Source: Octopus vulgaris (Eukaryota). From it: DNA of 64,000 nucleotides. The notes beneath the pieces were generated by a model that was given only the letters and a program-made list of their open reading frames with translations, made no database searches and was not told the DNA's origin. Position 1 is the first letter of the stretch, and every line of letters begins with the position of its first letter. Shown here piece after piece: positions 54,388-64,000 of the stretch. The position numbers and the translations under genes were made by a program. Location of the stretch: contig OX597814.1 of assembly GCA_951406725.2 (NCBI GenBank), forward strand, positions 211,792,001 through 211,856,000. The letters are read 5' to 3'.

Positions 54388-54832
54388 TATATATACAAAA
54401 TATTAAGTTATATCTTGAGTGATAACAACGCTCAAGATATACAACGGACTGGAAATAGAAGTGCTCCAATGATCTGTATACACTTTTTTTATTCAAGGGG
54501 AGGCAATGCGAGCAACAACCACGGGAACATCACAAAATTCAAAGATAGGCCAAACACATACAAATCTTATATACTAATTTATATTTAAACAGCCCGACAT
54601 TTAAAAAAAAAATTTTATTTCAGTAATATATAAGTATCCTATACAAATAAAAATATAAATATTAATATAATTTTTGCATATAACACGGTTAAAACTGTTA
54701 GAATAAGAGAAATAAATATAATGATAATAAAATAAAAATATGGCATATCAAAAGACGAACAAAATTCCGGCGAATATTACATAGAATATAACACATATAC
54801 AAGTTTACAAAAATATAAGATATACAAAAGTC

Positions 54833-54917
54833 CATCTACGGGCCATTTCGGGGATGTGCCAATTATTATTAGACATATCAGTCAGTACTTAAAATTGGCA
54901 CTCCCCTCATCAGGATG
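54833..54917 (-). ncRNA. Type-I hammerhead ribozyme with extended stem II
   Basis: catc-CTGATGA-gggga-gtgccaatt(loop)aattggcac-a-tcccc-GAAA-tggccc-GTA-gatg: canonical core, G10.1-C11.1 pair, 14 bp stem II, 4 bp stem I. Confidence 0.82.
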
Positions 54918-55499
54918 TCCTATACAAAAACATATAAAACATGAACAACTAACGGTTCGTCATGTCGTCTTTCGCGTATGGAGTAACGGGGTCTTACTGC
55001 TAGTGTATTGATAACCGTATTTGGAATACCGTAAGTATAGTCCACATAGGTCCTCAGACAATTGCACCTGTGGCCAAAGGGGTAGTTGATGAATCTGCAG
55101 GGATGTCGCACAACATGGGCTGTTTTCGCTGATTGCCGGCTTCTGTCGGATCGGTCATGAATGGACTTGCATTATGTCAAGTTCTTCGGTGTTCATGGAA
55201 ATACAGATGGCAGTGATTATCCTTACGTTGAAGTGAAATATTCTCAGGGGACAGATGCTAACACGATTCCTACCAGCTTCTATCTGCAAAGCGTGGGATA
55301 GAAACGTCAGGTAGCTTTTCATTCCAATGACTTTGTGAAACTGGATAATTCAGGAGACCCAGAAAACATTGTCACTTCTCCTGCTATGGATACGGACTTT
55401 TTCTTTTCGTAGTTAGGTAATCTTGGTACTGATGGATTGGTGCGTCTTTAAGTCCCAACTTCAGCAATTTTAAAGAGAGGGGTTTCGTTAATAATATCC

Positions 55500-55590
55500 A
55501 CCTACTTTTTCTAAGGGTATTGTATTTTTATCGACTAAGAATGAATGAAAGGCAAAGTTAAATCAGTCGGATTCTGAACTCAGTGCTTAA
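55500..55590 (-). mobile_element. Degenerate SINE family C core
   Basis: ttttatcgac..gaatgaaaggcaaagtt...cggatt.tgaactca. Confidence 0.55.
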
Positions 55591-58500
55591 AGGCCCTGAT
55601 GAGCTGGGAATAATAATAAAGATAATGGTGTTGTTGATGATGATGATGATGATGATTATGATGATGATGCTAAGGATAATAACGGTGACGATGAGGAGCC
55701 AGAGTAGGAGGACGAAGATTACGACGATGATGATGATGATGATATTAATAATATTTATTTTTTGTTCCTATGAATATTAGTGGCTTTAGTATCATTATTA
55801 GTGGTAGTTGTTCTTGTTGCCCCATATTTCATTCATATACAGCCGGAGATGAATTACTTTTTTGTAATTAATATAATTACATTTAAGACTAGACAGCTAC
55901 TAATAAATTAAATTAGATCTGGAGACTGTGGTATAATGCATGATGAAAGAAACAGTAATAGGAAAAAGAAAGGGAAATATATACACAAATAAACAAAAAG
56001 ACAAGGAAAAAAATTGTGATTGAAATATTCGATTAATAAGAGTACCAGAAATGTGGGAAAATTAAGTTAAAGTGTCTGAAATATTAGCATATTTGTTGAA
56101 CAAGGTTTGAGGCGTAGTTTGAATAGCACCTCTGGAGATTCGGTATCAAGTGTCAATCCCTTATGGGACATGCTGAATGAGATTGAGACGTCTGAAATAG
56201 ACACAAAATACTGCTACAATAGTTGATTAATGATTGTTGAAACACCTCCGAGCCCCGAAGATAAATCAATAAATTCGTACTTAGAGAAACATCATTTTAC
56301 GTTCAGACAAATAGACATTTATACACGAATTTTCAGCGATATTATGTGCTTTAATATTAGTAATAATCTTCAAAATATTTTCGTCTCTCTCTTTGTCTGT
56401 TTGATTCTCGCTGTTTCACCCTCTCAGTTTTTTTTTTTATATATATAGCTTTATCACATTTCCTCTATATCTGTTTTTATGTTCCTTACTTATAGGAACA
56501 CTCATTTATTTATTAGAAAGAAGTATGAGAATATGTTATGCGCATAATGTTCTCAAAGAAATAATTACAATGAGTACCTTTCAAATATGAAACTAAAAAA
56601 TATATTTGTCAATACTTTACAAGAAATCTCCTCGAAGCTACAGATTGCTGTAAATATTATTTTTACAACTGTGCTACTATATATAATTATCTATGTATGC
56701 ATACATTAATGCGAGCATAAGTATGCATACATGCTTGTATGCATATATTTATTCATGTGAGATATTAATTTAATTAATTAATCTTATAAAGAAAGATTTA
56801 ATTTTAAAAATTGCTTCATCACTGGATATTAGGAAATTATTGCAGTGACGTTTCAAAAGAGTTGCAGATTTTTACTGTTCTGACTGCTCACAATGTATAC
56901 TTGAGAAGCATTTGTTAACTGTACACTTGTTTTTCTGAGATTACTATATAGACATATAACACACCCAAGTGTACAAATAAAGATATACAAAGGAGTGACT
57001 TTACAACTTGTGTAAGGAACTCGTATGTCTTAAAACAGTTATTCACTGAGTTCATGAGAAAAATTCACGCGCTCTGCAGTTGAACTATGCATAGTATTGT
57101 TTTTGATATGTATCCATAAAAAAATTGTTACGGGCATACTTAGTAGCACTGTCCGAGAGTATGTTCTTTCAACGTTCTTTGTCTTGTATACGTTTTCAGA
57201 AACAGGAATATTGTGTATATTTATACAAAGTTAGTTTTCCTAGTACACATCTAATCACAACTTAATTCATCAATGGCATTAACAACACTAACAAAGGAAT
57301 TTTACACACTTTAGCTTTTATCTAACAGCCTCACGAAGCATGTAAAAAAAAACACATTGCGATTTCACGGTTTTTACGTTTTAGTTGATGTGGAATTTGA
57401 TAGGTTGTGTACGAATCCTAAAAATATCAGCTTTTAAACTGACATCTTTAATGTCTATACATGCGTGAAGACATGTTAAAAATATGGATATGGAGCATAA
57501 TTCCAATTATGTTCCTAGGAATTCCACAAAAATCATAAAGTCTTACTTCTAAACGTAGTGTGCCTGTGGAAATCGAAATTGATTCGTAACTAGTCTCTTT
57601 TTTCTCTTATTCTTTTTTCTACCTGTTATTACCAGTTGCAATATAAATAAATGTGTATCATTCATTTTGAGGATTCTATTTTTATAAGTGTCTGTTACTG
57701 CAGTTGCTTTGGGTATTTCACTTTTTCAACTGTGTCTCATATGTCTGCAATTCCTTAAAAGTTGTGCTGTTGCAAACAACTACGGCACAGTTGTATCTAA
57801 CTTTGTAGTTGGAATTGGAAAATCAGTGAAAGCAATACTTTAATCGAGAGAACCTACAACAATTGGTGCGGCCAATTACTTCATATACATGCCCGTTCTG
57901 TACTATTCCACTTTATCAATAATTAGTCTATACAAATCGAATTGCATTTATTTTTTCAACAGAAAGAGACATCCCTTTATTGAGTGAAGTAGTTTTGATG
58001 AAGCTGAGAGTACGTTTCAATCTATGGATTCAAAGATTTATTTTGGTAGTGAAGAAATAGATGCAAATGATCCAGATTTTAGGATTAGTGTAAAAAATGA
58101 AGACAGGACCCTGTTAAGTCTAACACAGAAACGTGGCCAAGGGTTGTCCCTTTCAATTTCAAAATCGATTGGATTGAGTCAAATTTACAAGTGAAATTGT
58201 CAAATACCTTCGTGAGGTAGAAATTAGAAGCTTTATTCATTGATGAACGTGTTAGGAAAGGTGACAGCACTTACAAAACAACACTTGAGAAACTTAGATT
58301 CATGTCTTAAACTCTATATTTTTCAAACATTCTAATGCTAAAAATAACTCTCATATATTTATAGAATAAAGATATGAAGCCCACGTATATTTCGAAATTC
58401 AATAGAATGTGGTTTATTAAAGTTATATTGAAGTAACATCCTCATCTCTATGCAGCTGCCGATATTTTAACTGTGACTTCCACCTTAAAAGAACGGCGAA

Positions 58501-60324
58501 TAAAATATGTCTCTGTATAGTAAAAATATGCAGCTTCACGTCCCGTTGTGCTCCTAAAACATATATGCAGTTAGATACTCACGGCTGTGTACCTCCTACA
58601 TTTGGCATAATAATCTCTTGCTATGGCGGAATACAAACCTCCAACCATCAGTAAAGACTGCCTGAAATTCAGCAGCAATATGAGTGTATAAAAATCACCA
58701 CTGATTTCTTGGAGCGGATAGCGTGATGCAAATCTTCCCAGGGTTAAAACATCTGATATCCCACTGGCTTTTGGTTCAATATGCTTGACCTGGCATATAT
58801 TAATGCGCATATTTATAACATGACGAGAAAAACTCACCCACGTTACAAAACAGCTTCTGCTGGAGTTATCAAAGATTTTGTTGCTGAATGCCAGTAAAGC
58901 GAAATGTGTCTGTTATCTCCAAAAGCGACAATGACCACATTACAAGTTAGGTAAATGTACGAATAAAATATTAAGCTTTATTTCAGTTATAGGAGATGAA
59001 TTGCGTTGTAGTAATGCTGCATGATCAACACAAGTCAAATAAAATGCATAGATAGAGGTTGTCTTTATACTTGCTTTGTTTGTAACGTGAGTTCAGAATA
59101 CATTTCATGTTTGATTACGTGAGCATATTTTTTATTTCTTTGAAATGCTTGCTTAAATAAGTAGGAATGATGGAAAAAGATAGCAAAATATAAAAGAAGT
59201 TAGAATAAATGCTTCTATGGTGCTGGTGGATTAAATGACATGTGGTTAATATTGTTACGCAGAAACTGATATAATCTATTGAATATAATTTTTTAAAAAA
59301 GATTCAATTTGCGTTTTGGAATTGTTAATTTGTCTTCAAGAATTCGGAATGTAGAAACTTCAAAGGTTTTTGTAAAACATTTTCTTCAAATATTGATCTA
59401 TATTGATCATATTATTCAAATCGTGTTCATTTATTAAGATGCATGTGGCTGATGTTCTCGTGTGTGACTTGTTAGACATCTGAACTATGAAAGTCGAGAC
59501 ATTGCATTACGACTTTTCCGTTACATTCCAGACAGCCGTATACACGTAAGACGTGATAATAAAATACCTGTTATTACATATTTTCCAATGTTTCCCAGAA
59601 ATACCATTTATAAATTTTATACCAGAGTGGATGATTTGTTTAAAAATCAAAACTTTTCCAAGTGGGTTTATTATTTAATGATAGTTTAGGTAACTTTCAA
59701 ACGAACGATTCAATTGCTTTCACTTTTTATATATTCTAAAATCTCTCTCTGGCCCGATTCCTAAGACGATATGTAAGGGTTGAGTGAAACATTCCTATAG
59801 TTATCGGAATTTGTTTCCATTTTTTATTGCATTTTCCTCCATTCGTTTTTGACCTGTCTGGAGAATGCCGATTACCAAAATAGAGACTGGAATATTTATT
59901 ACTATCTTTGGCAGATGCTATTAGGGCATCGGAGGATTCTTATTGTCGAAATTATATAGTGACATGGTTAAATGTGTAGCTAATGATCGGCTCAATAGAT
60001 TTAAACGCTTCACATAACTGGCAGAATGACTGCCATGGAATTTATTGCTCTCATTGTTTTTTATGTTAGTCGTTAATCTGAAACAGAAATTTCCTGAGTA
60101 AAAAGTATTATTGTGTAAACAGGTATGAATAAGGTTAAATTATTGACCAAAATGTTTCTTTTTATTTGTAACAGTAAACATACAGATGTATGCTTAAGAA
60201 CTTCAGCACGATTTCAGCGGAAAACTTGCCTTTGTAATATGTACTAACCTTCCCACTATGCAACATTACAATTTTCTGTTATAAATAAGGGGAGAGACAC
60301 ATCCACAATATATATATACATATA

Positions 60325-61948
60325 CAGTGGCGGCCAAAATGTTGAGAACGACATTGTTTTCATCAGAAAAGTAGGTATAAGTTTTTATCAAAGTGGTTTT
60401 ATATTCTATAATTTTCATGGACAGTAAATACCATAGGATGTGTTATTGCCTGATATTTTGGTGTAATTTGAGAAGATAATACAAAAGTTATGGATGATTT
60501 AGTGATTTACTGCAAAACCCATGGCGGCCAAAATGATCAAAACGGTTGCTTTTACTCGGTGTTTTAGTATATTTAACCGGCGAACTCTAATGCTTTTAAT
60601 TTGTTTACGTGACGGTTCGTTTACTAAACATTGGTAAGAATATATGCAGTGTACTTTGTTAATATAATGCCACTTACTCAGTTACCAATTCGTCAGCATA
60701 TTATTAAGCTCCGAAGGAAGGATAATTTAAGTATTGGATCTATTGCAATGATTGTTAACAAGTCAAAACGTGTTGTACACGGTATTCTGAAAGTCTACGA
60801 TGATTGTGGTTCGTGTGAAGCAAGAAAGTTTACAGGTAGGCCAAGAAAAACGACCAAGAGAGAAGATCGTGCTATGGTAAAGTTGGTTAAAAAGGACAGA
60901 TTTAAAACTGCTGTTGCTGTTTCTCGGAAAATGAGCATTGTATTGAAGAAAACTTCATCTCGAAAAACTGTGTCTCGTCGTTTAGTTGAACATGACCTAC
61001 AAGCAAGAGCACCTGAAGTGAAGCCACTGATCAGCTCCAAGAATAAAAAAGTGTCGTCTTACCTTTGCAACCGAACATGTGTTGTGGTCTCAAGAAAAAC
61101 GGCAAACGTTGCATTTCAGTGATGAATCTAAGTTTATGTTATTTGGCTCAGATGGGAAAAGGTAGTTCGTCGAAAAGTAGTGAAAAATTGTCGCCTAAAT
61201 GCTTTAAGACTAGTGTTAAATTCGGTGGAAGAAGTGTCATGGTTTGGGGAATGATATATGGAGGTGGTGTGGGCCCTTTGGTGCGATTACATGGAAAGTT
61301 AAATGCAGGAGTTTATAAACAACTTGTAAAAGATCATGTCTTGTCTGTGCTGAGAAATTCAACTAAGCGACCACCCATGTTCATGCAGGACAATGCTCTA
61401 TGTCACAAGGCTAAGTTGGTCATGAACTTCCTCAAGGCTGAAAATGTTATTGTTATAGATTGGCTTGCTCAAAGCCCAGATCTCAATCCTATTAAAAATG
61501 TATGGACTATTCTAGGAGAACGTTCGAAAGTCAGAAATCCTAAAACAACTGAGCAATTATGGAATGCCCTTCAGGAAGAATGGAATAAGATCACCCAGCA
61601 AGAAATTGAAAATTTAATTTCCTCATGCAGTCGAAGATGTCAGAGTGTGATTGAAGTTAAAGGGTTTCACACTAAATATTAAATAATTCCAGCATTCTCT
61701 GTCATTTTTGATTATTTTGTTATTTTTTCAACCGTTCTGATAATTTTGGCCGCCATGGGTTTTGCAGTAAATCACTAAATCATCCATAACTTTGTATTAT
61801 CCTCTCAAATTACACCAAAATCTCAGACAATAACAAAGAATATAGTATGTATTGTCTGTGAAAATTATAGAATATAAAACAACTTTGATAAAAACTTATA
61901 CCTACTTTTCTGACAAAAACAATGCCGTTCTGAACATTTTGGCCGCAA

Positions 61949-61951
<3 letters not shown>
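60325..61951 (+). mobile_element. Near full-length Tc1 (DD34E) transposon with ~223 bp IR/DR ends and TA TSD
   Basis: TIRs 60325-60548 / 61729-61951 begin cagtggcggccaaaatg; internal direct repeat tggcggccaaaatg; TA on both sides. Confidence 0.97.
60667..61682 (+). pseudogene. Frameshifted Tc1 transposase
   Basis: MPLTQLPIRQH..GRPRKTT..; FSDES (about 61116); VKFGGRSVMVWG; QDNA-34-K (catalytic E replaced by K in SPDLNPIKN); frameshifts near 61050 and 61160. Confidence 0.93.
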
Positions 61952-62014
<63 letters not shown>

Positions 62015-62049
62015 TTAAAAGGCGGCTTATTAGCAATTCGAACCAAAAT

Positions 62050-62375
62050 GGAAAATTAATAGAGATCACAAAAGCGACGGAGAGTGCTGACTACCACATC
62101 TTAAGCTAAAATAAGAGTTAAATGAACGCCAAGATCCACCAACGCATTTCAACTAATAACTGACAAAGAAGGTAATTCTATAGCGTATATAGGCGCATCG
62201 CGATTATGAATTCTGGTGTAGACTATCTTACCTCTAATCAGTGGCTTACTTCCCTTTGTCAGTCAATAGGTATAGTGCCTAAGTGGCTTTGGATTTAATC
62301 TAACTCTTATTTTAGCATAAGCGGTGCTAGTCAGTACACTCCGTCACTTTTGTGTCCTCCATTAATTTTCCCTTT
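62050..62375. repeat. About 325 bp imperfect fold-back between (TA)n tracts
   Basis: ggaaaattaat.gag..cacaaaag.gacggag.gt.ctgacta..ac..ctta.gctaaaataagagtta occurs at both ends in inverted orientation; inner actgacaaag/ctttgtcagt. Confidence 0.85.
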
Positions 62376-62593
62376 ATATATATATATATATATATATATA
62401 AAAAGTTGAATTAATTATCCTAGTATGGATAATTCGGTTAACCGATACCCGGGTAGCAAATTCACGTCAGAAAAACACGGTTGAAGCTACATGCCAAGGG
62501 CAGAGATCACGTGCTTTCGTGTGGAAATTTGTGTGTGTTTTTTTAATACAAATAAATGAATGAATTTTGTTAAATCGTCGTTCAACTCCATTC

Positions 62594-63639
62594 TTGGGTT
62601 ATATAGTAAACACATATTTTAACGGTGAGAACCGAAGCAATAGAACAGAGAGGAATGAATTATTATATCAACAATTGAGGGTAAAATTAATTAGTTATTA
62701 ATCAATTTCACCAAGTAGTGTTCAGTATGTAAAAGGACCATTTAAGGCGAATTCAAAATATTATATTATATAATTAGGGCTTAGTAAAGTAAATTACTTT
62801 GCCACATACTGAACTTTCTAGAAATATTGCTTCGGTTCTCACCGTTAAAATATGTGTTTACTAGATAACCCACGTGGGTGGAAGGGGAGAGAGCAGGAAT
62901 CTTCGCTTGCGCATTTTGAATTTGTTAGTACTGGCAGTCTGAGCGTGTTCATCTGAGGTGATACCTCGCCGAAGGGTATGTTCTTCCTTTTAGTGCTTCC
63001 AAATCCAAATTAAGAAATTTTGAGCTGACGAAAGAAATGCTGAGCTTATTTGGCTAATCTAGAAACGTTAACGTTCTCAAATGATCTTTGTACTTGTGAT
63101 ATTTTTCTGTTTTCACCTCCATACCTTCGTGAGTTATTTATGAGTAAACATTATCTGGGAGAAATTTTCTTAAAGTGGTGGAAATGGCTAAAAAACTTTT
63201 TGGCTGCTATTTCTAGAAAGTTCAGTATGTGGCAAAGTAATTTACTTTACTAAGCCCTAATTATATAATATAATATTTTGAATTCGCCTTAAATGGTCCT
63301 TTTACATACTGAACACTACTTGGTGAAATTGATTAATAACTAATTAATTTTACCCTCAATTGTTGATATATATATATATATTTCTGTTTTTACCTCCATA
63401 CCTTCGTGAGTTATTTTGAGTAAACATTATCTGAGAGAAATTATCTTTAAGTAGTGGAAATGGCTAAAAAGCTTTTTTGGCTGCTATTTCTAGAAAGTTC
63501 AGTATGTGGCAAAGTAATTTATTTTACTAAGCCCTAATTATATAATGTACTATTTTGAATTCGCCTTAAATGGTCCTTTTACATACTGAATACTTGGTGA
63601 AATTGATTAATAAGTAATTAATTTTACCCTCAATTGTTG

Positions 63640-63645
<6 letters not shown>
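62594..63645. mobile_element. Penelope-pLTR/retrozyme-like patchwork with inverted and tandem copies
   Basis: About 47 bp IR 62595-62642 / 62825-62872; 62664-62826 is the reverse complement of about 63209-63369; the ~270 bp unit 63100-63370 is repeated at 63380-63645. Confidence 0.8.
63019..63081 (+). ncRNA. Type-I hammerhead ribozyme motif
   Basis: tttgag-CTGACGA(63025-63031)-a.aga...tct.a-GAAA(63062-63065)-CGTTAAC-GTT-ctcaaa: perfect 6 bp stem I and palindromic aacgttaacgtt stem III. Confidence 0.78.
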
Positions 63646-63712
<67 letters not shown>

Positions 63713-64000
63713 CACACATAGCCCCCGCCTGCACACACATACCCTATGAATACCCACTGCCGAGAATGCAATTAACCAGAATGATGAAATGCATCTAAGA
63801 AACAAACTTAATACTGTTAATATATTTCTTTTATTTCTTCTGTATATCGCAAAATATTCATAGTGATAATTAGGATAGTAACCATACCATTTTTTGTGAA
63901 AGGATGTTGGATGCAGATGCTCTAGGTGGAGTTGTATACTCACCAGCTGCAGTCTTATATTTCAAAGTTCGGAAGAAGACATTAAGGTCAGAAAAGACAA

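Noticed and set aside
57963-58220. Plus-strand exon-like segment after ttttttcaacag
   Set aside because: Stops interrupt the plausible frame, the donor is weak, and I recognise no protein.

Overview
AT-rich, gene-poor, repeat-saturated animal DNA. The tRNA-derived SINE families, the (TA)n/(CA)n/(GATA)n density and the LINE repertoire point to a cephalopod, most likely Octopus; this is an inference from recognition, not a search. I can support no intact host protein-coding gene, and nearly all ORFs in the supplied track are microsatellite artefacts or transposon debris. The window holds decayed non-LTR retrotransposons (RTE, Tx1/L1, CR1-like, HERO-like, Penelope-like), several Tc1/mariner-superfamily DNA transposons (one near full length with long IR/DR ends), three SINE families (some with clean target-site duplications) and several fold-back elements. 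The most interesting signal is a set of type-I hammerhead-ribozyme motifs read by eye at 7777-7819, 8169-8211, 39169-39252, 39332-39415, 54833-54917 and 63019-63081, plus a broken one at 3871-3950. Most have a short palindromic stem III and several have a long stem II. They sit in non-coding, inverted or circularly permuted units next to (TA)n tracts. One unit (7562-8356, about 355 bp) looks like a genomic copy of a circular retrozyme-like RNA.
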